From Bacteroidia bacterium (GTDB lineage: Bacteria > Bacteroidota > Bacteroidia > CAIKAF01): a DNA stretch of 64,000 bases. Below the pieces are notes generated by a model, which did no database searches, was not told where the DNA came from, and was given only the letters and a program-made list of their open reading frames with translations. Both the position numbers and the translations under genes were made by a program. This document shows positions 10,827 to 20,151 of this stretch, piece after piece (position 1 is the first letter of the stretch; each line of letters opens with the position of its first letter). The stretch lies in contig JACVCJ010000005.1 in assembly GCA_016742095.1 (NCBI GenBank), positions 3,335-67,334 on the forward strand, in the 5' to 3' direction.

Positions 10827-11369
10827 ATGAAACTGTACAGACTTTTTTTGATGGTTGCCGCAGGCGGTATGCTTGTTTCCTGCGGATCGAAAGCTCCCGT
10901 GAAACCGGCCCCGGCCGCTTTTTCTCTTTTTGAGACCGTGCTGAAGGATTCCGCCGGCCTGGTACGTGGCGCCGACCTGGGCGATGATCCCGATGTGGTG
11001 CGCCAGATGGAATACGATTCGGCCCTGGTGGTGAGCAACAAGTATGCACTGATCTACGACTATAAATTGCCTGAAGAACGAGCCCTGAACCTGAAGTATA
11101 CCTTCGGCGGAAATGCCCTGCAGAAGATCGAAATGGACGTGTTCCTGGCCAGCGAAGGTCAGGCAGATACCCTTACGCAGGAGTTTAAAAGATACTATTC
11201 CAAAAAATTCGGGGAGCCCCAGCAACAGATGGGCGTATACGTGTGGATGGGCCCTTCGCAGACCGGCAGCGATTCGGTGATCGAAATGAAGGACGAGTCG
11301 GCCGAATACGGCTATGGTAAACTCAATATTACCATCTACCCCAAAGATTTCCAGTCAAAACCCCTCTAA
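10827..11369 (+). CDS. Hypothetical lipoprotein
   Basis: Lipobox MLVSC; host-like codon usage. Confidence 0.7.
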   Translation: MKLYRLFLMVAAGGMLVSCGSKAPVKPAPAAFSLFETVLKDSAGLVRGADLGDDPDVVRQMEYDSALVVSNKYALIYDYKLPEERALNLKYTFGGNALQKIEMDVFLASEGQADTLTQEFKRYYSKKFGEPQQQMGVYVWMGPSQTGSDSVIEMKDESAEYGYGKLNITIYPKDFQSKPL

Positions 11370-11372
11370 GGC

Positions 11373-12749
11373 ATGCAGCCTGAGATTCGCAACCTGCAGG
11401 TCTGGAAAAAGGACCGGGCGCTTACGCCGGCGTTTGACCTGGACCCGGAGCCCGGCCGTGTATACTGCCTGGTGTCGGAGAGCGGTGCGGGTAAATCCCT
11501 GCTCATGCAGGCGATGGCGGGCATTCTTCCGCCTGGTCTGCATTCGACGGGTAGTGTATTGCCGGCCCCGGTCCCCGGAAAGAACGGGGTGGTATATGTT
11601 TTCCAGGACGCATCTGCGGCATTGAACCCGGTACTGCGTGTGGATAAACTGCTGTACGAAACCTGGGACCTGCATCATAGCGGAAAAAGTAAGGAGGAGA
11701 GGGACCGGCGGATCCGGAAAGACCTGGAAGAACTGCAGCTGGAAACTTCCATCCTGAAAAAACAATTCTTTGAACTTTCGGGCGGACAGAAACAACGGAT
11801 CCATGTTTTGCTCGGACTTTTATGCGAAGCCGATCTTTTATTACTCGATGAGGTGACCTCGGCACTCGACCCTGCCAATGCCCGGCTTTTACTTAACATA
11901 ATTACGCGCTATTCTTCCGAAAAAAAACGGACGGTCCTGCTGGCTGGTCACGATATTCAACTCTTACGCGAATTTGATATTTCATTTATATATCTATGTG
12001 ATAAAGATATAAATAGCGCTGTTTTTTTTGATGACACTAAAAAAAACGATGTTATAACAAATGATACAGGTGGTTATCCGATTATTTCGGCAAAAAATGT
12101 TCATTTTTCCTATTCTTCCTGGGAACCTGTTCTGAAAGACCTGAACCTGGAGATTCATCCCGGCGAATACATCCGGGTGACCGGCGAAAGTGGCAGCGGA
12201 AAATCGACCCTGGCCGCTTTGTTGTCGGCACAACTAAAAGTTACACGTGGAACAATATTGTACCCGACCCTCGATCCGCTTTTTACCCGGGAGCAGATGC
12301 CGGCCTTTCTGCAACTGATCTTCCAGGACGGTTTCAGTACCCTGCCGCCTTTTATGCCGGTATGGCGCATACTTACCGAAGGCGCTTTTTACCTGGGCAA
12401 GGTAAGATCTGCACAGCGTAAAGCCCTGGCCGCAGCCTGGCTGCAGAAAATGGGTCTGCCGGCAGACGCCCTGAACCGGCGCGCGCATGAACTGAGCGGG
12501 GGACAGCGGCAACGGATCGGTGTGGCCCGGGCGCTCGCCTGTGAACCCCGTGTGCTGCTTTGCGATGAAATTACGGCCAACCTGGACCGGGAAACGGCCC
12601 GAAGTGTACTGCAGATCATTTACGAACAAAGCCGGGCAAGCGGTATGGCCGTGGTGTATTTTACCCATCAGCCCGATATTTTTCCTTTTGCTTTCGATAC
12701 CTGTTACCACCTGGGTGAAGCGGGCCTGCAGAAAGTTGCCGGCTTATGA
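11373..12749 (+). CDS. Tandem (dual-NBD) ABC ATPase, oligopeptide/nickel-type; no permease nearby
   Basis: SESGAGKS / LSGGQ / LLLLDE and GESGSGKST / LSGGQRQR / LLCDE. Confidence 0.85.
   Translation: MQPEIRNLQVWKKDRALTPAFDLDPEPGRVYCLVSESGAGKSLLMQAMAGILPPGLHSTGSVLPAPVPGKNGVVYVFQDASAALNPVLRVDKLLYETWDLHHSGKSKEERDRRIRKDLEELQLETSILKKQFFELSGGQKQRIHVLLGLLCEADLLLLDEVTSALDPANARLLLNIITRYSSEKKRTVLLAGHDIQLLREFDISFIYLCDKDINSAVFFDDTKKNDVITNDTGGYPIISAKNVHFSYSSWEPVLKDLNLEIHPGEYIRVTGESGSGKSTLAALLSAQLKVTRGTILYPTLDPLFTREQMPAFLQLIFQDGFSTLPPFMPVWRILTEGAFYLGKVRSAQRKALAAAWLQKMGLPADALNRRAHELSGGQRQRIGVARALACEPRVLLCDEITANLDRETARSVLQIIYEQSRASGMAVVYFTHQPDIFPFAFDTCYHLGEAGLQKVAGL
12239..12254. promoter_or_regulatory. Degenerate intragenic parS site
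   Basis: AGTTACACGTGGAACA; reverse complement TGTTCCACGTGTAACT is 14/16 identical to parS sites 1 and 2. Confidence 0.55.
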
Positions 12750-14237
12750 CATCTGTTCCAGTTCTTCGGCGATCGTACGGTCGTTCATGAGGCGGGGCAC
12801 TTTGTTTTGTCCGCCCAGTTTGCCCTTGCTTTTCATGTATCCGATAAAGCTGTTCCGCGGCAGGGCCCGTATAACGGCCTTCTGGAGGATATTGCCGGCG
12901 ATCAGGTCTTCGTAATAGATGTTCCGGCGCCGCATTTCCGCGTCCAGTTCATCCCGGAACCGCTGTATATCAGCCGGTTCCTTTGTAAATTCTATGAACC
13001 ATTCGTGGTAAGGCAGTTCGTTTTCCACCTGAATGCGCGGCGCCACGTGGAACTCAAAAATTTCGGCCCCGGTCTGTGCACAGGCATAGGCCATGGCAGC
13101 GTCCACTTCTTCGGAGATCACGTGTTCGCCGAAGGCAGAAATAAAATGTTTGATGCGGCCGGTAACCACGATGCGGTAGGGGTCTTTCGACACAAATTTT
13201 ACGGTGTCGCCGATGCTGTAGCCCCAGAGACCGGCATTGGTATTGAGTATAAGTGCGTAGTTTACATTCAGTTCTACATCTTTCAGCGGTATGCGTACCG
13301 GGTTTTCGCTGAAATACGTGTCCGTGGTCACAAATTCGTAAAAGATGCCGTTGTTGGTAAGCAGCAGCATACCGGGCTCATGTTGTGTGTCCTGGTAGGC
13401 AATAAAGCCTTCAGAAGCGGGGTAGGTCTCGATGCTGGGCACCTGTTTACCGATCAGGCTGTAAATTTTGGCTTTATACGGTTCAAAATTCACCCCGCCA
13501 TACACGAATATGCTAAAGTGGGGGAAAACCTCCAGGATGGTCTCTTTTCCCGTTTTTTCGAGTACTTTTTCAAAATACATTTGTACCCAGGCCGGAATAC
13601 CGCTGATCAGGCGCATGTCGAGCGGAATGGTCTCCTCGGCGATGGCCTCTACTTTTACTTCCCAGTCCTCGATGATATTGGTTTTCCAGCGCGGCACCTG
13701 GTTGCGTTTGAGCCAGCCGGGTACCAGGTGGTTCACGATACCGGAAAGGCGGCCGATAAAAATACCGTTCACCATTTTGAGCTTGGGACTGCCCGAAAGG
13801 AAAATGAGTTTGCCGTTGAGCACGTCGGCGCTGCCGCTGTCGGCCAGGTAGCAGAAAACGCCCTGCATGGCCGAACGCACGTGGTAGGGGGCGCTGGCTT
13901 TGGTAATGGGTATCAGTTTAACGCCCGAAGTAGTGCCGGAAGTTTTGGCGAGGAATTTGGGCTTACCGGGCCACAGTACATTGGGTTCGCCGGCTGCGGC
14001 GCGGTCTATGTATTGCTTCAGGATCTCGTAATCGCCAACGGGCACGTGCCGTTTAAAATCCTCGTAGCGGTGGATGCGTTCGAAACGGTGGTCTTTTCCG
14101 AATTCGGTGCTGCGCGCTGTACGGATAAGGTTGCGGAATATGTTCTCCTGGTTCCTGAGGGCACGGCGGGCATCGCGGCGTATACCTTTTACCACGAAGC
14201 GTGCGTACATGAGTCCCAGTGCTGATTTTAACGACAT
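12744..14237 (-). CDS. GH3 auxin-responsive promoter family (acyl-adenylating) protein
   Basis: AKTSGTTSGVK, YPASEGFIA, GLWGYSIGDTVKF, GKLGGQNKVPRL. Confidence 0.9.
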   Translation of the reverse strand: MSLKSALGLMYARFVVKGIRRDARRALRNQENIFRNLIRTARSTEFGKDHRFERIHRYEDFKRHVPVGDYEILKQYIDRAAAGEPNVLWPGKPKFLAKTSGTTSGVKLIPITKASAPYHVRSAMQGVFCYLADSGSADVLNGKLIFLSGSPKLKMVNGIFIGRLSGIVNHLVPGWLKRNQVPRWKTNIIEDWEVKVEAIAEETIPLDMRLISGIPAWVQMYFEKVLEKTGKETILEVFPHFSIFVYGGVNFEPYKAKIYSLIGKQVPSIETYPASEGFIAYQDTQHEPGMLLLTNNGIFYEFVTTDTYFSENPVRIPLKDVELNVNYALILNTNAGLWGYSIGDTVKFVSKDPYRIVVTGRIKHFISAFGEHVISEEVDAAMAYACAQTGAEIFEFHVAPRIQVENELPYHEWFIEFTKEPADIQRFRDELDAEMRRRNIYYEDLIAGNILQKAVIRALPRNSFIGYMKSKGKLGGQNKVPRLMNDRTIAEELEQMS

Positions 14238-14240
14238 TTT

Positions 14241-15089
14241 CTAAAAACTGATATGGTTTTCGGGGTCTGTGGGTCCGTTGTTGTGCCAGAGTTCGAAATA
14301 GAGTATTCGTTCGCCTTTCTGGTCGGGTTTGCATTGGGCTATGGCTTCACCGGCGCGTACCACATCGCCTGCTTTGTGCAGCAGGGCCGCATTGTTGCGG
14401 TAAATGGAAATAAAACGGTTGGGGTGAATGATGATCATAAAATAATCCGAATAGGGCGACCAGCCTTCGTACAGCACCACGCCGTCCGAAACCGATTTTA
14501 CCGGGTCTTCGCCGTTCTGACGGATCCGTATCCCGTATTTCCCGAGCGGAATGTTTGCCTTGTCTAAAATAGTTCCACGTACCGGACTGAAAAAGAAAAG
14601 TTTATCCTTTTTTTCGGACTTTTCTACCTTGAATTTCCGCTCTTCGTACAGTTCGCGGCGCAGGGTGGAATCTTCGGGGCTTTTGGCATCCTGGATCTGT
14701 TGGTAGTTCCGTGTGGAATCCTTCATGGCCTGCAGGGAACGTACGGGCGGTCTGCCGTCGATAATGGCCTTGATATTGTACAGGAAAACGTCTTTTTCCT
14801 GCATGGCGGTCTCCAGGGAGTCGGTCCGTTTGCTCAGTTCCAGGGCCTGCTTGCGGATGCTTACATCGGCATAGCCCGGGATATATTCGCGCAGGGGCGT
14901 GTAGGCGATCACCATGATGGTGATGAAAATAAGCAGCAGGGCCACAATACCGCCGGCCACAAATACGTTCATACGCGAGAGCCTGAATGAGGCCAGTTCT
15001 TCGAATGTACTTTCGTTTACAATTTTAAAACGATATTTGTACATGAAGCGCTTAAAAAGCTTTTTGCGTATGATCTTAAATCTGTTCAT
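14241..15089 (-). CDS. Membrane-anchored M23/LytM-family protein, apparently catalytically degenerate
   Basis: TPLREYIPGY, coiled coil, C-terminal M23 fold (GDVVRAGEAIA...FELW...DP); start placed at ATG 15089. Confidence 0.8.
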   Translation of the reverse strand: MNRFKIIRKKLFKRFMYKYRFKIVNESTFEELASFRLSRMNVFVAGGIVALLLIFITIMVIAYTPLREYIPGYADVSIRKQALELSKRTDSLETAMQEKDVFLYNIKAIIDGRPPVRSLQAMKDSTRNYQQIQDAKSPEDSTLRRELYEERKFKVEKSEKKDKLFFFSPVRGTILDKANIPLGKYGIRIRQNGEDPVKSVSDGVVLYEGWSPYSDYFMIIIHPNRFISIYRNNAALLHKAGDVVRAGEAIAQCKPDQKGERILYFELWHNNGPTDPENHISF

Positions 15090-15117
15090 CCGAAACACAA
15101 AAATAGCGAATCTCTTT

Positions 15118-15693
15118 CTGAAAAAGAGGCCCCGGCTCGCTATTGCCTTTACAATGCTGCTTATGAGCGGCTTACAGGCCCAGGTAACTCCCATGCCGCG
15201 CCAGGACCCGAAGTTTGTCTTCGAGGTAAATCCCCTGCGCAATACTTATATCAACCCGCAGCTTACCAGCAATATCAACCCGAAATTCAACAGTACCCTG
15301 AACCCGAATTTCAATACACGCATCCATCCGGACCATAATCCTTCGATCAGTCCGGACTACGATCCCTCCATCAATCCCAACTTTAACCCCGATCTGAATC
15401 CGCTGTACAATACCAAGCTGGACCCGGCCTACGGTACCCGCCCGGCTTTTTTCATCTATACCACGGCGGCGGAACCCGACGGTTTTGCCATGGAAGCCAT
15501 TCAGAACCGCGTATATCTCTATTACGATGTAAACGTACAGTACAAGGGCTTTTTTGTGGCCAATTCCGAAGGCGGCTATAACCTGTTCGGAGAAGATATT
15601 AAGTTTACCGGGCAGTATCTTACGCCCAACAGCCAGGGCAATTTTAATATATTCAATATGAGCCAGGAATGGCTGGGTTTTACCGCGCCCTGA
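15118..15693 (+). CDS. Secreted protein with ten octapeptide NPxFNxxI repeats
   Basis: Signal-like (L)KKRPRLAIAFTMLLMSGLQA-Q; start uncertain (CTG 15118 or ATG 15154); repeats at 15205-15432; host-like codon usage. Confidence 0.7.
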   Translation: MKKRPRLAIAFTMLLMSGLQAQVTPMPRQDPKFVFEVNPLRNTYINPQLTSNINPKFNSTLNPNFNTRIHPDHNPSISPDYDPSINPNFNPDLNPLYNTKLDPAYGTRPAFFIYTTAAEPDGFAMEAIQNRVYLYYDVNVQYKGFFVANSEGGYNLFGEDIKFTGQYLTPNSQGNFNIFNMSQEWLGFTAP

Positions 15694-15802
15694 TTTTTTA
15701 ACGAGATCTTTGTGCCGGGTTCTGTTCCGGCTTAATACCTTTGTGCCGCGTTTAGTCCGACGGACTTTTATTTTACAGGGACGATACATCTATTTACGGG
15801 TT

Positions 15803-17014
15803 ATGAAACAAGCGGCAGGCACACCTTTACAGGACCCTTCAGCGGATCTGGCACAAAAAACCGTTTACGCCATTCTTTTTTCCATCAGCTTCAGCCATAT
15901 GCTGAACGATATGATGCAGTCGGTGATACCTTCGGTATATCCCATGATCAAGGATAAGTACCAGCTTTCATTTACACAGATCGGACTTATTACCTTTGCC
16001 TTTCAGCTTACGGCCTCGCTGCTGCAGCCTTTTGTGGGCATTTATACCGACCGGCGTCCGCAGCCCTATTCCTTCGTTATCGGCATGTTCTTCAGCCTGG
16101 CGGGCATCATCCTGCTTTCACAGGCTACGGGCTTTTATTCCATATTGCTGGCGGTAAGCTGTGTGGGCGTGGGCTCTTCGGTTTTTCACCCCGAATCTTC
16201 CAAAGTGGCCTATTATGCATCCGGCGGGCGGCGCGGACTGGCCCAGTCCATCTTTCAGCTGGGCGGCAATTTCGGGTCGGCCATCGGGCCATTGCTGGTG
16301 GCGGCCATTGTGGTACCGCGCGGACAGTATTACATCCTGTGGTTCATGCTGGCGGCCTTTATGGGCATTTTTGTACTGTCGAGGGTAGGCGTGTGGTACC
16401 GCGGTTTCCTGAGCCAGGCGCAGAGCCGGAAGAAGATCGTGGAACAAAACGGCCTTTCGCGCAGAACGGTGGTGGTTTCCGTGGTGATACTGCTGGTGCT
16501 CATTTTCTCCAAGTATTTCTACATGGCAGGGATCACCAGCTACCTTACCTTTTACCTGATCGAAAAATTCAGTCTGTCCGTACAGCAGTCGCAGCTGTAT
16601 CTCTTCCTGTTCCTGATCTCCGTGGCAGCGGGTACACTCATCGGCGGACCGCTGGGCGACCGGTTCGGGCGCAAGATCATTATCTGGGCATCCATACTGG
16701 GCGCGGCACCCTTTACCCTGCTGCTGCCCTATGCCGATCTGTTCTGGACGGGCATCCTGATCGCTATTATCGGGTTTATCATGGCTTCGGCCTTTTCGGC
16801 CATCCTGGTGTATGCACAGGAACTGATGCCGGGCAAGATCGGTATGATCTCGGGCCTGTTCTTCGGTTTTGCCTTCGGTATGGGCGGACTGGGTTCGGCC
16901 GTGCTGGGCAAAATGGCGGATTACACGGGCATTGCGTTCGTATACAAAATATGTGCCTTTTTACCGCTGATCGGCCTGGTAACGGCTTTCCTCCCGGATC
17001 TGAGGAAGAAATAA
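15803..17014 (+). CDS. MFS transporter, Fsr (fosmidomycin resistance) family
   Basis: SHMLNDMMQS, TASLLQP, GSSVFHPESS, AQSIFQLGGNFG, GGPLGDRFGRK, SAFSAILVYAQEL. Confidence 0.9.
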   Translation: MKQAAGTPLQDPSADLAQKTVYAILFSISFSHMLNDMMQSVIPSVYPMIKDKYQLSFTQIGLITFAFQLTASLLQPFVGIYTDRRPQPYSFVIGMFFSLAGIILLSQATGFYSILLAVSCVGVGSSVFHPESSKVAYYASGGRRGLAQSIFQLGGNFGSAIGPLLVAAIVVPRGQYYILWFMLAAFMGIFVLSRVGVWYRGFLSQAQSRKKIVEQNGLSRRTVVVSVVILLVLIFSKYFYMAGITSYLTFYLIEKFSLSVQQSQLYLFLFLISVAAGTLIGGPLGDRFGRKIIIWASILGAAPFTLLLPYADLFWTGILIAIIGFIMASAFSAILVYAQELMPGKIGMISGLFFGFAFGMGGLGSAVLGKMADYTGIAFVYKICAFLPLIGLVTAFLPDLRKK

Positions 17015-17022
17015 CGCCGTAG

Positions 17023-18453
17023 TTATTTACCTTTCTGCCTTTCAAGCGTGTTTTTCCCGACGGTATATGCATATGCCGATGCGGGAATGTACTGTATGTT
17101 CAGGCCGTTGTAATTAATTTCTCCGTCCTGGTCTATGGTAGTAACCAGGGGATTATCCAGCTTGTTTTCCTGGCAGAATTTAAAAAGGCTTTTTAATTCA
17201 CCCGGCTTTTCAAAAAACCGGTTCGTCCATTTTATTTCCAGTGCCCATATCGGTTTTAGTGTGGAATCGCTTAGCCCGACCATATCCACTTCGCCGTTAC
17301 TCCAGCGGGCATACCAGGGCCTGAACCAGTCTCTGTGCATCCATTGGGCAAAGATGGCGGTCTCGATAAGATTGCCGATAAGCTCGTCGTTTGATGTAAC
17401 CGGCGAAAAAAGAGCGCTTCGCAAAGAGGGATTGGTGAGATAGATCTTAAAAAAATTATCCCGGCGGAACTTTTTTCCGCCCTGATCTACTCTTTTCACC
17501 CGCTTTATCAGGTATGCCACTTCTAAATATTCGATGTACTTTTTCAGTGTGTTTTTAGGAACCTGCGACTGTTTGCTGAGCGCTTCGAGCGAAAATTCAC
17601 CCCCGGTATTATAGGCAATGGTCGTAAACAGAGAGTTCAGTTCCCGGGTATCGCTTATTCCGTAAAGACTGGGCAGATCGCGTAATAAAACCTTGTCCAC
17701 AATGTCCTGCCGGATATATCTGCCGGGGTTTTCCTGCATGGTTTGCGAGAAGATCACTTCGGGGTACCCGCCAAAGTTGATGTAATCAATAAAGTGCCTG
17801 TTTAATTCATCTAAATGAGAGGAGGTATAAAACTCGCTCAGCGTATTTTTCCATTTTATACGGGTAGGAATAATGATCCTGTCCAGGTCTTTCAGGTGGA
17901 TGTATTCGTTAAATGTTAGAGGCGGAAGCATAAAATCTGTGAAACGTCCGGCCCCGCTTTCCATACTGGCAAATTTCAGGGCAGCGGCAGCAGACCCGGA
18001 AACAATGAATTTGTCTTTTCTATAGCTGTCAACAAGAGATTTAAGATGTATTTCCCAGTCACGGCAATACTGTATCTCGTCAAAAATCACGATCCAGCCT
18101 TCTTTGTCCGGCAGGCCGGTCGCTTCCCTGGCGTATTGAAAGAGCTGCTCCAGCCCGATATTGTTATAGATGGGGTTTTCTATGGTTATGAAGATGATTT
18201 TCTTCGGATCAAAACCATTTTCAATCAGGTCCTGTACCTGATGGTAAAGCATAACCGTTTTTCCTACACGTCTCGGACCCATCAGTACAACGGCCCGCCG
18301 TATATCCTTTTCATAGACAAGGGGTTTAAACAGATCGAAATACAATCGCCTCGGCATATCGTCATAATCCTTGTCAATGCGGCCATTTACCCACCAGGGG
18401 TTTTCAAACCGGATTCTGTCCAGAACCTGTTTTTTAGAAACTTCTCTGAGCAT
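17023..18453 (-). CDS. AAA_14 ATPase with DUF4143 / PD-(D/E)xK-like C-terminus
   Basis: GPRRVGKT, IFDEIQ, SGS, GGYPE, GNLIETAI, EVDMV...LEIKW; AT-richer than neighbours. Confidence 0.88.
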   Translation of the reverse strand: MLREVSKKQVLDRIRFENPWWVNGRIDKDYDDMPRRLYFDLFKPLVYEKDIRRAVVLMGPRRVGKTVMLYHQVQDLIENGFDPKKIIFITIENPIYNNIGLEQLFQYAREATGLPDKEGWIVIFDEIQYCRDWEIHLKSLVDSYRKDKFIVSGSAAAALKFASMESGAGRFTDFMLPPLTFNEYIHLKDLDRIIIPTRIKWKNTLSEFYTSSHLDELNRHFIDYINFGGYPEVIFSQTMQENPGRYIRQDIVDKVLLRDLPSLYGISDTRELNSLFTTIAYNTGGEFSLEALSKQSQVPKNTLKKYIEYLEVAYLIKRVKRVDQGGKKFRRDNFFKIYLTNPSLRSALFSPVTSNDELIGNLIETAIFAQWMHRDWFRPWYARWSNGEVDMVGLSDSTLKPIWALEIKWTNRFFEKPGELKSLFKFCQENKLDNPLVTTIDQDGEINYNGLNIQYIPASAYAYTVGKNTLERQKGK

Positions 18454-18470
18454 TTTTTACTTATTCAGAT

Positions 18471-18509
18471 CAAATATACAAAATAAGAGCAATTAATTGA
18501 CCTTATTTT
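18471..18509 (-). promoter_or_regulatory. Promoter (-7 TATATTTG) abutted by a 30-bp palindromic operator
   Basis: CAAATATA at 18471-18478; AAAATAAG-AG-CAATTAATTG-AC-CTTATTTT at 18480-18509. Confidence 0.6.
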
Positions 18510-18560
18510 ATAATTATTTCGACTTTTAAGCGAAAGTAATGGATTCAAATGAAAGACAGG

Positions 18561-18591
18561 AAACAAAAAAACCCCGTCCTTGCGAACGGGG
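18561..18591 (-). terminator. Intrinsic terminator after fumC
   Basis: Minus strand CCCCGT-tcgcaagg-ACGGGG followed by TTTTTTTGTTT. Confidence 0.85.
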
Positions 18592-18617
18592 CCTGTTCAT
18601 GCTTTTTAAAAGTAAGC

Positions 18618-20015
18618 TTATTTCAGACTTCCTACCATGTCTTCGGGGCGTACCCACTCGTCGAACTGTTCGGGAGTGAGCAGACCCAGGTCCACGGCGG
18701 CCTGCTTCAGCGTTTTTCCTTCCTTGTGGGCCGTTTTCGCGATCTTGGCGGCATTCTCATACCCGATGTGGGTATTGAGGGCCGTAACGAGCATCAGGGA
18801 ATTTTCCAGATGCTGCTGGATAACGGCACGGTTCGGCTCGATGCCTGCCGCACATTTATCGTTGAACGATACGCAGGCATCGCCGATGAGGCGGGCGCTC
18901 TGCAGTACATTGGCGGCGATCACGGGTTTGAACACGTTCAGTTCGAAATGACCGGTAGAGCCTCCGATGCTTACGGCCACGTCGTTGCCGATCACCTGGG
19001 CGGCTACCATGGTCATGGCCTCCGGCTGTGTGGGATTCACCTTGCCCGGCATAATGCTGCTGCCCGGTTCGTTGTCGGGAATAATGATCTCCCCGATGCC
19101 GCAGCGCGGGCCGGAGCTCAGCATGCGGATGTCGTTGGCGATCTTCATCAGCGAAACGGCTACGCGTTTCAGGGCGCCGCTCATTTCCACCATGGCATCG
19201 TGTGCGGCCAGGGCCTCGAATTTGTTAGGCGCCGTAACAAAAGGTTCGCCGGTGAATTCGGCAATTTTTTTAGCTACCAGTACGTCGTAACCGGCGGGCG
19301 TATTCAGTCCGGTACCTACGGCGGTTCCGCCCAGGGCCAGTTCGGCCACCATTACCAGGGCATTTTCCAGGGCGCGTACGCCGTTGTCCAGCTGTTGCAC
19401 ATAGCCGCTGAATTCCTGTCCCAGGGTCAGGGGAGTGGCGTCCATAAAGTGCGTGCGGCCGGTTTTGGTAATGCTGTTGTATTCGCTGGCTTTGGCAGCC
19501 AGGGTAGCGCGCAGTTTTTTAATGCCGGGCAGGGTCACTTTTTTCACCTGCAGGTAGGTGGCAATATGCATGGCGGTAGGGAAGGTGTCGTTCGAAGACT
19601 GACTTTTATTTACATCGTCGTTCGGGTGCAGCACCTTTTTCCCGTCGTTCAGGGAACCGCCGTTGAGCACGTGCGCGCGGTAGGCCACCACTTCGTTCAC
19701 GTTCATATTGCTCTGGGTACCCGAACCGGTCTGCCAGATAACGAGCGGGAATTCTCCGTCCAGTTTACCTTCCAGTATTTCGTCGCAGGCTTTGCTGATG
19801 AGATCGCGTTTTTCGGCCGAAAGCACACCTAAATCGTGGTTGGCATGCGCCGCCGCTTTTTTCAGGTAACCGAAAGCATTGATGATCTCTTTCGGCATCG
19901 AGGCCTCAGGCCCGATCTTAAAGTTGTTGCGGCTGCGTTCTGTCTGTGCTCCCCAGTATTTATCGGCAGGTACCTGTACCTCGCCCATGGTGTCTTTTTC
20001 GATGCGGTAATTCAT
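18618..20015 (-). CDS. fumC: Class II fumarate hydratase
   Basis: [45 protein letters not shown]; start at ATG 20015. Confidence 0.98.
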   Translation of the reverse strand: MNYRIEKDTMGEVQVPADKYWGAQTERSRNNFKIGPEASMPKEIINAFGYLKKAAAHANHDLGVLSAEKRDLISKACDEILEGKLDGEFPLVIWQTGSGTQSNMNVNEVVAYRAHVLNGGSLNDGKKVLHPNDDVNKSQSSNDTFPTAMHIATYLQVKKVTLPGIKKLRATLAAKASEYNSITKTGRTHFMDATPLTLGQEFSGYVQQLDNGVRALENALVMVAELALGGTAVGTGLNTPAGYDVLVAKKIAEFTGEPFVTAPNKFEALAAHDAMVEMSGALKRVAVSLMKIANDIRMLSSGPRCGIGEIIIPDNEPGSSIMPGKVNPTQPEAMTMVAAQVIGNDVAVSIGGSTGHFELNVFKPVIAANVLQSARLIGDACVSFNDKCAAGIEPNRAVIQQHLENSLMLVTALNTHIGYENAAKIAKTAHKEGKTLKQAAVDLGLLTPEQFDEWVRPEDMVGSLK

Positions 20016-20097
20016 GTTGCAAATGTTTGCCCAAAAGTAAAAAATATGTCGGGCGTACAAGCCCCGAAAGCGGGTAAATTTCTTCGGGCAGATATAC

Positions 20098-20132
20098 AAA
20101 AAAAGAGGGCCGACCCGCCGGATCAGCCCTCT
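20098..20132 (-). terminator. Intrinsic terminator after the S9 peptidase
   Basis: Minus strand AGAGGGCTGA...TCGGCCCTCT followed by a T-run. Confidence 0.8.
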
Positions 20133-20151
20133 GTAAAAAGAAGTAAATATC

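Noticed and set aside
15205..15432. 24-nt periodicity as a CRISPR array or DNA VNTR
   Set aside because: No identical DNA repeats or spacers; the periodicity is at protein level and no cas genes are present.
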